Positions 37,739 to 46,726 of a stretch of 64,000 nucleotides of DNA are shown here, piece by piece. Numbering within the stretch: the stretch's first letter is position 1; each line of letters opens with the position of its first letter. Origin of the DNA: a virus; IMG/VR virus record IMGVR_UViG_3300021171_000004, positions 1 to 64,000 of that record. The stretch is one strand, 5' to 3'. A model generated the notes under the pieces. It worked only from the letters and a program-made list of their open reading frames with translations, was not told the origin of the DNA and did no database searches. Position numbers and translations under genes: made by a program.

Positions 37739-39861
37739 TGGCTAGGATAGAACCAGATGCCGCAAACCCGCAAGGTCAAATTGACCCAAAAGATTTTATA
37801 AGTGCTTCCGAAGTTACTAAAGCGGGCGCGTTGCAGTTGGTTTGTCAGGATGCGCAATCCAGTGAGGCTTGGTTAACTCAAAACTACTGGAATATCAGAT
37901 GGCGTGAGGCGGATGCGCTGTATCAATCCCCGCCTTCGGTTCTCATGTGGGAAAATACCACAACGCCGCGTTCAAATGTAAATCGCTTCGTAGTTGCGGA
38001 AACTGTGAATGCAATTCACCCGCAAATCATGAACGGGCTATTTTATGAGCAGCCGCCATTCGTTCTGCGTCCGCGCCCGGTAATTACCCAGAACACTTCC
38101 CGGGCGATTTCCACGGTTATTGCACAGGAATTGGATGAAATAAACTTTCGGCAGGAAACCGATTGGGGGCTTTTTTCCTCGCTCAACTTCGGCACAGGTA
38201 TTTGGAAATGGGGTTTTAAAACCTACCCGAAGAAAACCACGAAGTACGTTCCGGTAGGAAACACCGTTTCGGTGGCGGCTCCCCTCCCGAATGCTCCGGC
38301 CACGATTCTCGAAACACCAGAATCCCTGATGTACAAGCGGGTAGTCGGTGAAGAAGATGTTCACACACCGACTTTCGAAAACAAAGATATCCGTTATGTT
38401 TTGCCTGATCCGGCGCTCAAAGTCCCGGATATCCGCAAGGGCAAGTTTGTAATCGACAAGATGTATCTCACGTACAAGGACCTGATTAAACTAGCGTCCG
38501 AAGAGTACGTGGATGAGGATCCAAAAACCGGAAAGCAAACGCTAAAGAAGCGCTACGATCTTCCGAGCGAAGCAGAAATCAAAGAGTGGTTTACTAAACC
38601 CAAAGAATTGCCTGCGGCTGGGGCGGCGGGCGAGTCCATGTCTCCGCAGGGCACGGCTTATATCCATCACGCCAAGCCTGCCTTTCAACCTTCGACCGCG
38701 GATCCACTAGACGAACCTCTAGAAGTTTTGGAGCGCTGGGACAACGATAAAGTCATCACGGTTTTAAATCGTGTAAAAGTCATACGAAACGAGCCGAACG
38801 AATTTGGAGTTATCCCTTTCCTCTCGCTTAATTGGTGGAATATTCCTGATGCTTTTTGGGGTCTCGGTCTTGGGCGCGTCATTGGTGTCGAACAAAGAGT
38901 TCAAGCGGGCCTCATTAACGCCTGTCTTGATTTGGCATCCCTTATCGTTAATCCGATGTTCGTTCGGGCTCGTGGCGCGAATATTAACGAGCAGCAGATA
39001 CGTCAACGAATTGGTGGAATCATCGCAGTTGACGGGGACACGCAAAAAGCCCTAACTCTACTCGAACAGCCGAGTATTCCCGCCGAAGTCGTGCAGCAAA
39101 TTGCTTTGTCGCAATCCCGAGTTGCAACCACGTCCGGAGCGGACCAGCAACTTACCATGGGTGTGAACACGGGTAAGGGCGGGGCCATGCGCACAGGCAC
39201 GGGCGCTGCGGGTATGATTCAGGCAACCATGAATCGTATCGGCGGTTTTGCCGAAGCTTTCGTGCGTCAAGTCTACGAACCCTTTATCTACACAGTTCAC
39301 AAACTGAACAAAGAGAAGATGCCGATTTCCTATATTCGGAAACTTCTCGGGGATAAGCTGGGCAAGGACTTCAAGTTCGACGCGAACGAGTTTTTGAACG
39401 CGCCCGCTGAGTTCGAAGTTCTGGCTGGTTCGCACTTAGCCGCAAAATCCCAGATGGCGCAGTCGCTGTTCATGATGCTCCAGCTTTTTGAGAATGCTCC
39501 TTTGATGCAGCAACTGAACGAAATCAATCTCAAGAAGGTGAACATAGAAGAATTGTTCCACATGGTGCATGACATCTCCGGGTGGAAGAATTACTACGAC
39601 ATCATCCAAGACATGACGCCCGAAGAAATCCAAAGGCAGCAAGCGAAGTCGCAAGGTGCCCAGATGCAGGCCAAGTTGCAGGGTCAGATGGCCATGGAAG
39701 ATAAGAAGTTCCAGAATAACCAGCAACTCATAGACCAGGAGAATGAAGGCCGAGCCGCACGGGATATTTTCCGCGTGATTGCGGAGAAGTCTGCGGAGCC
39801 AGAAGCACTACTTGGAGCAGAAGCCCCGTCCGCAGGAGTAGGAAGTTCTGAACAAGGATAA
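37735..39861 (+). CDS. Portal protein
   Basis: 708 aa between terminase and scaffold/capsid; FGTGIWK, FWGLGLG, RTGTGA, Q-rich C-terminal helix. Confidence 0.85.
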   Translation: MMARIEPDAANPQGQIDPKDFISASEVTKAGALQLVCQDAQSSEAWLTQNYWNIRWREADALYQSPPSVLMWENTTTPRSNVNRFVVAETVNAIHPQIMNGLFYEQPPFVLRPRPVITQNTSRAISTVIAQELDEINFRQETDWGLFSSLNFGTGIWKWGFKTYPKKTTKYVPVGNTVSVAAPLPNAPATILETPESLMYKRVVGEEDVHTPTFENKDIRYVLPDPALKVPDIRKGKFVIDKMYLTYKDLIKLASEEYVDEDPKTGKQTLKKRYDLPSEAEIKEWFTKPKELPAAGAAGESMSPQGTAYIHHAKPAFQPSTADPLDEPLEVLERWDNDKVITVLNRVKVIRNEPNEFGVIPFLSLNWWNIPDAFWGLGLGRVIGVEQRVQAGLINACLDLASLIVNPMFVRARGANINEQQIRQRIGGIIAVDGDTQKALTLLEQPSIPAEVVQQIALSQSRVATTSGADQQLTMGVNTGKGGAMRTGTGAAGMIQATMNRIGGFAEAFVRQVYEPFIYTVHKLNKEKMPISYIRKLLGDKLGKDFKFDANEFLNAPAEFEVLAGSHLAAKSQMAQSLFMMLQLFENAPLMQQLNEINLKKVNIEELFHMVHDISGWKNYYDIIQDMTPEEIQRQQAKSQGAQMQAKLQGQMAMEDKKFQNNQQLIDQENEGRAARDIFRVIAEKSAEPEALLGAEAPSAGVGSSEQG

Positions 39862-39864
39862 TAC

Positions 39865-40251
39865 ATGAATGGCTCCGAGATCGAAACGGCCCCACGACGC
39901 CCCCAGATAAATCCACTCGCACTAGACGAGCCCCAAGAACTATCCGATACGGAAAAAATGGATTTGATAGCCGGAGACGATTCTCCGTACGCCAAAGCCA
40001 TGAAAAAACTCATGCGGTGGGAGATAGCCAAATCCCGCGAAGCCGCAGAGGATTGCGACCCGTCCGAAAAGGAAAAGCAGGTAGCCCTGCTCACGGTTTT
40101 GTATGCCCAGAAAAAGTTCTTCAATAGTTTAATGGGCGCAATTCTGTTCGAAAAAACAAGCCATCTATCCGATGTCCGTCAAAAAATCGCACAGGAAGAA
40201 TTGCAAGACCGAGAAAAGCTTGAATCAATAATTCTCGCAAATCAAACTTAG
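39865..40251 (+). CDS. Hypothetical head-assembly region protein
   Basis: Immediately after portal. Confidence 0.65.
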   Translation: MNGSEIETAPRRPQINPLALDEPQELSDTEKMDLIAGDDSPYAKAMKKLMRWEIAKSREAAEDCDPSEKEKQVALLTVLYAQKKFFNSLMGAILFEKTSHLSDVRQKIAQEELQDREKLESIILANQT

Positions 40252-40372
40252 ACGGTTATTCGGCACACCATACAAGTCCAGACAGGCGGTTCCCAACCGT
40301 AGTTAGACCCGGAATCCCAATAGGCTTTATGAACATGCTTGTTGGTGCCGCAGTTTGAGCATTGCGGCGGGG

Positions 40373-40945
40373 TTACTTTTTTGCAATTGCAGTCGCGATA
40401 CGAACAAACACTCTCTTCGGCTTTAGGTTTTTTGTGTCCCATACTCTTTTTCCTGTCCATGAGTCTGTTCCTTTTCCGGCCACCCGTTTACAGGTTTGGC
40501 CTTTCGTGATTCCAACTTCTGTCCAACCATCTCGTTTGTAGATTTCTCCAGTTCGAGGGAGTTCAATTAGTGTCTCGAACCCAACCACTTCGTCTCCATA
40601 TTTCTTCTGCCAGTCCGTGGCAACCGTTTGACGGAATAGTTCAAGGACCTTCACAGTGAAGTTTCGAATCGGATATTTTCCGTGCGGTTCGACATGATAG
40701 AAAATGTTGTTCACAATGTGAACTAGCATCTGTCTTTTTGTTTCAGGTGTTATCCCGAAAAATTTGTCTCGGCCAACCAAATGCAACGTGGCCGAACCGC
40801 CAACAATTCCACCATAGTATTGCCCGCCCCACAGCACGGTATAGCAGATGTTTCGGCCTACGAACCCTTTCGGGTTCGAATAGTGAACCGCCATGTCTGC
40901 CAGCAAACGCGGGTCAGTTCTTTTGATTCTTTCTAACCTAAGCAT
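40373..40945 (-). CDS. Mom-like / DruA (DUF4338)-like GNAT-fold protein, possible DNA modification enzyme
   Basis: HYS..GFVGRNICY, NNIFY, DWQKKYG...FETL, TGEIYKRDGWTEVGITKG; promoter TTGCGC-17-TATAAT 7 nt upstream of ATG. Confidence 0.7.
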   Translation of the reverse strand: MLRLERIKRTDPRLLADMAVHYSNPKGFVGRNICYTVLWGGQYYGGIVGGSATLHLVGRDKFFGITPETKRQMLVHIVNNIFYHVEPHGKYPIRNFTVKVLELFRQTVATDWQKKYGDEVVGFETLIELPRTGEIYKRDGWTEVGITKGQTCKRVAGKGTDSWTGKRVWDTKNLKPKRVFVRIATAIAKK

Positions 40946-40990
40946 CACGAAAATTATACACCACGCGCCAATTAAGCGCAAGGAGAAGTT

Positions 40991-41884
40991 ATGACAGAAG
41001 TAGCAGAAGCACCAAAGAAGTGGGTAAGGTCTTACCAACCGAAGGACGAAAACGGATACCCTATCGGTCCGCCCCAGAAATTTGAAGCGGACACTCAACA
41101 GGAATTGATTGACAAGCTCGCTGCCGCGCACGAAAACGCGAGCGCTGCTTTGTACAAAACCCGCCAGCAAGTGAAGTTAGGCGCGATGCTCGAACCCGAC
41201 CCGGACGAGCCTCTGCAAACGTTCGAATCGAAAACTCTCACCGCCGAGGAACGGCTTAAAATTACTAAGCAACTGGCCGACCCAGCCACTGTGGTTGAAG
41301 GCTACAAAAGTTTATCAGAAGCCGTTTATGGAGCACCGCCTGAGAAGGTTCAGGAATCTCTCCGTGAACGTGAAATCAGTAAGCGCGTAGATTCCATCCG
41401 CGCTGCAATCGCCTTATTCGTCAAGGAAAATCCCGCGTACGTAGAGTGCGAAGGAAACTCCGACAAGATGAAAAAATACATGGAGAAAAATAATCTCCGA
41501 TACACGGCGAAAAACCTCAAGATTGCTTTCGAAGATTTGTCCAGTGATGGTTTACTCACTGTGCGAACTCCGCAAGCGGCAGTACCAGTAACACCCGTTG
41601 TTACTCCTGTAACGACGAACGCACCCGCTGTGCCTGAGGCGATCCCTCCCGCACCGACAACTCCGGCCCCGGCGATCCCGGTTGAGCCTACGGAAGTGCG
41701 CCCCAAGAACTCGTCCAGCGGATTAGGACGCGAAAATTCCAGCGCAGTACCTGGAATCACACCACCTAAGACCCCGGGGATTTCTATCAGGGATATTAAC
41801 AAAATGAGCGCCGCAGAATACCAAGACAAGCTGAAGGATCCTGAGTTCCGGAAAGCTGTCGAAGCTCTGTACGCCAAGAAATAA
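40991..41884 (+). CDS. Capsid scaffolding protein
   Basis: Helical, Pro-rich linker, C-terminal KMSAAEY; directly before capsid gene. Confidence 0.75.
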   Translation: MTEVAEAPKKWVRSYQPKDENGYPIGPPQKFEADTQQELIDKLAAAHENASAALYKTRQQVKLGAMLEPDPDEPLQTFESKTLTAEERLKITKQLADPATVVEGYKSLSEAVYGAPPEKVQESLREREISKRVDSIRAAIALFVKENPAYVECEGNSDKMKKYMEKNNLRYTAKNLKIAFEDLSSDGLLTVRTPQAAVPVTPVVTPVTTNAPAVPEAIPPAPTTPAPAIPVEPTEVRPKNSSSGLGRENSSAVPGITPPKTPGISIRDINKMSAAEYQDKLKDPEFRKAVEALYAKK

Positions 41885-41922
41885 TATCCCGGCACACAAA
41901 ATAAGTTTGAAGTAGGAATCAC

Positions 41923-42945
41923 ATGGCCGGATACAATCCAGCTAGCAACACTACTTCCAACCTGCCTCAGTCTCGCGTTATCTACTACGATAAACGCTTC
42001 ATTGAGAACCTGAAGGCTCAAACTCCGTTCGTCCGTTGCGCAGAACGGCGCGAACTTCCGCTCAACAGTGGAAACCAGCTTGAGCTTTTCATGTACAATA
42101 CGTTCGGTGCAAACACCGCGCAGGTTTCGGAAGGCACGGTGCCCACGGGCATCTCCGCTTCGGTCGGGACTACGACCGCCACAATTGGGGAGTACGCAGA
42201 TTACGCGAACTTCTCTTCTCTTTCACTTGCCACCGCAATCGATCCAGTCGTCGAAAACGTTGGCCGCGAACTTTCTTACCGCCTTGGACAATCCTTGTCC
42301 GCAATTACCCGTGCAGTTGCTGACGGCGCAAACAGCGTCGATAGCTCTGTAAAGGTCACGATTGCTGGTGGTACGTCACTCGCGCTCGCAAACATCCGCG
42401 CTCAGGTCCAGTCTTTGGCTGGCCGCGCGGTTCAACCTTTCAACGAAGCAGAAGCTCTGATGGCGGGTGTGATCCACCCATTTGCCGTTGGCGACCTTCT
42501 GAACGATTCTTCGAATAACTCCGCAATCGACGTTCTCAAGCACACCGTGCCTGGATTGCAGCGCATGGACGACCTGGTTTCTATCGACTTGGCCGACACA
42601 CTTGAGTTCCCGGCTTCCGGTGTCGCATTCTTCCAGTCCAACTTGGTTACGCTGACGACCGCGTATCAGGGTTCGGCGGCTGGGGTGGTGGCATACCGCA
42701 CGTACATTTTCGGGAAAGACGGGGTCATAGCGATCAGATTAGGTGGTCGCGGAGATAATGCCATTGAAGATGGCAACTGGAGAAATATTGAGTGCAACAT
42801 CGTCCAAAACGCTCCATTAAGCGTTGCGGATCCGAGCGGCCTCATCCCGGGTTGGACTTCGTATCGTGTTCACTACACAGCGAGCCTTCCTCCGGACACA
42901 ACCATGCGTTTGCGCACGATTGACGCAACGAGTGCCATCTCCTAA
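41923..42945 (+). CDS. Major capsid protein (N4-gp56-like family)
   Basis: LPLNSGNQL, SEGTVP, IGEYADY, IHPFAVGDL, IFGKDG, DPSG; followed by terminator. Confidence 0.85.
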   Translation: MAGYNPASNTTSNLPQSRVIYYDKRFIENLKAQTPFVRCAERRELPLNSGNQLELFMYNTFGANTAQVSEGTVPTGISASVGTTTATIGEYADYANFSSLSLATAIDPVVENVGRELSYRLGQSLSAITRAVADGANSVDSSVKVTIAGGTSLALANIRAQVQSLAGRAVQPFNEAEALMAGVIHPFAVGDLLNDSSNNSAIDVLKHTVPGLQRMDDLVSIDLADTLEFPASGVAFFQSNLVTLTTAYQGSAAGVVAYRTYIFGKDGVIAIRLGGRGDNAIEDGNWRNIECNIVQNAPLSVADPSGLIPGWTSYRVHYTASLPPDTTMRLRTIDATSAIS

Positions 42946-42990
42946 CAATTAACCATTGTTCGAACCTTCTAGAGCATTCGGACGCGACCG

Positions 42991-43029
42991 GGGCGGTTTT
43001 CTAGAAGCCGCCCTGCTTCGTTTTTTTTC
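42991..43029 (+). terminator. Intrinsic terminator after capsid gene
   Basis: GGGCGGTTT/GAAGCCGCCC stem then T8. Confidence 0.7.
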
Positions 43030-43049
43030 GTGCCTCCAAGGAGCCACAA

Positions 43050-43772
43050 GTGCCAAATTGTATTTATTGTGGAACTACAATTCCCCCCGATGTGGGTTTG
43101 CGTTGCGTGAAATGTAATACGCCCGCCAAACCCAAAAAAGGTTTTCAATATTCCGACCAAGACTACGATAAAGAGTTTGCGTATGATCTGGATACGGTCG
43201 AGCCCCGAGTTTCAAAAATTTTAGAACAGACTGAGACGCGGGAAATGTCGAAGTCTTCGCAGCAAGCCAAAGAGGAATATCACCGCCTGTACGAACAGAA
43301 CGTCGAGTCCCGGAAAGAATACCGCTGGGAAAATCAGGCCGAACTTCAACAAAAACGCGAAGGCCGAATTATTCACATGAACGAATTCATGCGCCTGCTA
43401 CGGCAAGCCCTGCCTGTAGGCTACTCCGCTTGGTTCACCGAAAAAGGCGGCATGGCTAATACTCTCGGACTTTATGTAGGTCATCCTGGACTTTTATCCG
43501 GTTGTACACATTTGAACGGCGAACCGCATTACGTTGGATTCGTACAAGTCCCGTGGATGCAGGAGTTCGAGGAATTACATTTTGACCGATACAACGTCCC
43601 GCTCGGATCCAAACGCCGCGGCTGGCGAACCATCCTATTGAAACTAATCGAGTCCAAGATTCTGACTGAATCCAAGGCTCATGAAGTTTTCGGAGCACCA
43701 CTTGAAAATGCAATGGCCCGTCGTTACAGGCATTATTTGCACTTTCTGAGAAATAAAGGAAAACAGGCATGA
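43050..43772 (+). CDS. Hypothetical protein with N-terminal Zn ribbon
   Basis: AAGGAG RBS; CIYC..CVKC. Confidence 0.7.
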   Translation: MPNCIYCGTTIPPDVGLRCVKCNTPAKPKKGFQYSDQDYDKEFAYDLDTVEPRVSKILEQTETREMSKSSQQAKEEYHRLYEQNVESRKEYRWENQAELQQKREGRIIHMNEFMRLLRQALPVGYSAWFTEKGGMANTLGLYVGHPGLLSGCTHLNGEPHYVGFVQVPWMQEFEELHFDRYNVPLGSKRRGWRTILLKLIESKILTESKAHEVFGAPLENAMARRYRHYLHFLRNKGKQA

Positions 43773-44185
43773 TGGTTTGTTCTTTATGTCGCAAACAACC
43801 AAGGCATAGTAAAAGTTGGTGTTTGGAATGTACTCAGAAAAAAGCGAAACAATACCAAACTACCTACCGTAAAAAACACCCTCAGTCCCACCGGGTGGAA
43901 CGTCTTAGAAAAAGCCATCTCACTCTTTCTGAATACGAAATTCTAAAGCAACATCAGAATTCCCGATGCGCTTTGTGCAGAAAGGAATACCCTATTTTTG
44001 ATATCGACCACGACCACGGACATTGTCCGTATGCTAGGGCGTGCAAGGAGTGTATTCGAGGCTTACTCTGCCGTCTGTGCAATCGATATCACCTTCCGTG
44101 GTTGGAGAAAAATCTCCATCTACAAAGCGAATTTGTTAAGAATTACCTGAAATCAAGGCCATTCTTAGAACAGTTAGCCGCCTAA
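43769..44185 (+). CDS. Endonuclease VII-like (free-standing homing endonuclease)
   Basis: QNSRCALC..IDHDH..CIRGLLCRLCN. Confidence 0.88.
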   Translation: MMVCSLCRKQPRHSKSWCLECTQKKAKQYQTTYRKKHPQSHRVERLRKSHLTLSEYEILKQHQNSRCALCRKEYPIFDIDHDHGHCPYARACKECIRGLLCRLCNRYHLPWLEKNLHLQSEFVKNYLKSRPFLEQLAA

Positions 44186-44227
44186 AAAAAAAATCGACCG
44201 CCGTAATTAACGGCCAAGGAGCAATAT

Positions 44228-44761
44228 ATGAGTAGTGAATTTGATAAAACGAACGACCCAATAGCGCAGTTTGCTGCCACTCTGCCGAGCAAAACCAACG
44301 TGGAAGTTTCAAACGAACTGGCCGCGCTGGAACTCGAAGAGAAACAGTTAGACCTGGAAATCAAGCGCGAAACCGTAGCTAAGATTCGTGCGCAGCGAAA
44401 CGCCAAACTGGACGAAGCCCGCGCAAAGATGATTGCTACGAAGCAATTCTTGGCGCAGCGCGAAGCCAACCAAGCAAATTGCAACCATCGTAAAGGTGGG
44501 ATCGGTGCGGAAGCCGTCATGCGCGGCCAAGGCACGGACGCCATGTACGCGGTTATCAAGCACAAGCTCCCGAACGGAAGATATTTCGTTTTGTGCCAGC
44601 GATGCGGCAAGGAATGGCACCCAGGATTCCCATTGCTCGGTGAAAAAGAAACTGCCGGATACCGTGAGGCTCTCAACTTCGCTACGGACAATTCTCCCAG
44701 CGGTTCCTCGACTTTTATTTTTGAACGCACCGAGTCTCTTGAGGAACGGAGCGCGGTCTAA
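44228..44761 (+). CDS. Coiled-coil + Zn-binding hypothetical protein
   Basis: AAGGAG RBS; CNH...CQRCG. Confidence 0.7.
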   Translation: MSSEFDKTNDPIAQFAATLPSKTNVEVSNELAALELEEKQLDLEIKRETVAKIRAQRNAKLDEARAKMIATKQFLAQREANQANCNHRKGGIGAEAVMRGQGTDAMYAVIKHKLPNGRYFVLCQRCGKEWHPGFPLLGEKETAGYREALNFATDNSPSGSSTFIFERTESLEERSAV

Positions 44762-44952
44762 TGGCAAAAACAGTTCAACAGATGTCCGCAGCCGAATATA
44801 AAACTTGGTTGCTTGAGAATCCGGACGAAGCCAAAAAACTTGACGCCCCAACTGCCGCGCCAGTAGTTCCAACCGTGGTGTGGCGAAACGGCGTGGCTGT
44901 TCAGATTGCGGACAACAGCCAACTCACCAAAAACGGGGTGGTTCAGGGTTAG
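44761..44952 (+). CDS. Small hypothetical protein
   Basis: QMSAAEY motif shared with scaffold C-terminus. Confidence 0.6.
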   Translation: MAKTVQQMSAAEYKTWLLENPDEAKKLDAPTAAPVVPTVVWRNGVAVQIADNSQLTKNGVVQG

Positions 44953-46685
44953 ACTTTCTGCTCCCCTGTTGGTTTGAACCGTTTCACGAACTCGATGGTT
45001 TTGTTCGTAATCGGCTCATGCTTTGTTGCCTCTACCATAGCGGCCAGCTTTAGAAGGTTTTTGACATCTCGACCCGTAAGGTTGGGGTTCTCTTCTACGA
45101 TCACATCTACCATTTTCGGGGCAATTTTGATTCCCGACGATTCTGCGAGCACTTTCCAGATTCTTTTTTGGTCTTCCACGTTCGGCACTTTATATGGAAG
45201 TCTAGCTACGCAACGACTAGCAATAGCATCATCCACATCATCTGGGCGGTTTGTAGTCAAAAACAGAATATTGGATTGGTATTCCAGCACCCGCAAAAAT
45301 ACCCCCACAATGGCGTTTTGGCTCAGGTCGCTGCCGCGCTCGTGAACGTATACATCGGCCTCGTCCAAAAGCATTACAGCTTTCCAGCGTTTTGCCCGAG
45401 TGAACACTTTCAGGAGTTCATCCTCTAAGTCGTTCGGGTCTGTTCCCAACTGAGAACATTGCACTGAATAGAGGGCTCGCTCCTCGGATTCGGCATACAC
45501 TTCAGCGGTCAAAGTTTTTCCGACGCCAGGTAATCCTGTCAGAAGAACCACCGCACCCCCACCCTTTCCGGCAATGATATCCTTAAAGGTTTGGTCGCTA
45601 TGGGATATCAACATTTTTACAAGGTCTTTCTGTTCAATCGGTAGAATCAATTTTTCGGAGAGAGTTTTATCGTACACATACGGAGTTAGGTAGTTGAGAT
45701 GGATTTGCAGGCGCAGGTGTCTTTTTAAATCGAATACAGCTACGAAAGGGTGAATCGGAACTTCAATCTCCGGTTCTTCGATATCGTTGTCCGCGGCAAT
45801 TTCAGCAGCCTCCATATCCTCTTCCTCTGCGGAGGCTTGAATAAACAGCTTGTTTGTGTGGGATACCCAAAAGTAGCTATGAAGATACGCTTCTCGATCC
45901 GAGTCCCGCTCTTTTTCATCTTCTACGAACACATCAATTACAACGCGCGAGGGCGAACCATTTCTCTCCATTGTAACGGTATTAGTTCGATGCCAGTACC
46001 AAGAATCGCTCCGATTCGGGTTTCCGTCTAAATCATCAGTAGCGGTTCCAACCGCGTAAAATTGTTTTCCGATTTCTGGAACCGTCTCCCCGAACCGTTT
46101 TGCTTCTACTAGATATTTTGCTCTAAGTTCGGGCGTTTCCATGTAGAAATTTTTACGGGCTAGAGTTTCCAAAACGGTGTACCCAATGCAGTCCTCGCTT
46201 TCAAAGTGGACGCGAGTTTCTTTTTTACCCCCAAACTGTTCGTGGATTAAATCCATCGAGGTCCAAGCAGGTCGTACGTGGTCTCGGCCCCGTTCTTCTG
46301 GGTGGTATTCGATTTCATCTACATAGTAGGCAAGCCAAATATCCCCGTCTCCATCGTATTTCTTATAGAGCCGATGGCCTGGAACTTTACCAAGTGCCCG
46401 AACAAGAAGAGGTTTTAGATTGCGAACCGCACGAACTGTTGGAGAACCTTCACCGACAAGTGCTTGTCGCCACACAGCGATATCTTTGAGGATGACTTTA
46501 ATTCCATGGACGGTCGGGTGTTCTTGAAAAATTTTTTCGAACGCATCCAATTGTTTCGGGGTTAGCGCGGCTAAATTCACGAACGCTTCTTTTTTCCAAC
46601 TCCACGATTCTTCGTTATCGAGAAATGGTTTGAACAGCCTCAAACCGATTTCTTCAGCCACGCGCTTCGATAGACGGATTTCCAT
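44949..46685 (-). CDS. AAA+ ATPase
   Basis: Walker A GLPGVGKT, Walker B MLLDEAD, LTTNR, DDAIASR, GRDVKN. Confidence 0.92.
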   Translation of the reverse strand: MEIRLSKRVAEEIGLRLFKPFLDNEESWSWKKEAFVNLAALTPKQLDAFEKIFQEHPTVHGIKVILKDIAVWRQALVGEGSPTVRAVRNLKPLLVRALGKVPGHRLYKKYDGDGDIWLAYYVDEIEYHPEERGRDHVRPAWTSMDLIHEQFGGKKETRVHFESEDCIGYTVLETLARKNFYMETPELRAKYLVEAKRFGETVPEIGKQFYAVGTATDDLDGNPNRSDSWYWHRTNTVTMERNGSPSRVVIDVFVEDEKERDSDREAYLHSYFWVSHTNKLFIQASAEEEDMEAAEIAADNDIEEPEIEVPIHPFVAVFDLKRHLRLQIHLNYLTPYVYDKTLSEKLILPIEQKDLVKMLISHSDQTFKDIIAGKGGGAVVLLTGLPGVGKTLTAEVYAESEERALYSVQCSQLGTDPNDLEDELLKVFTRAKRWKAVMLLDEADVYVHERGSDLSQNAIVGVFLRVLEYQSNILFLTTNRPDDVDDAIASRCVARLPYKVPNVEDQKRIWKVLAESSGIKIAPKMVDVIVEENPNLTGRDVKNLLKLAAMVEATKHEPITNKTIEFVKRFKPTGEQKV

Positions 46686-46726
46686 AGTCCCTCCTATTTA
46701 GAAGTGTATCACAGAAAGGTAGCCGA

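Noticed and set aside
30688-39861. Group I introns or inteins in terminase or portal
   Set aside because: Both ORFs are continuous and of normal size, the nucleases lie outside them, and no splice motifs were recognised.
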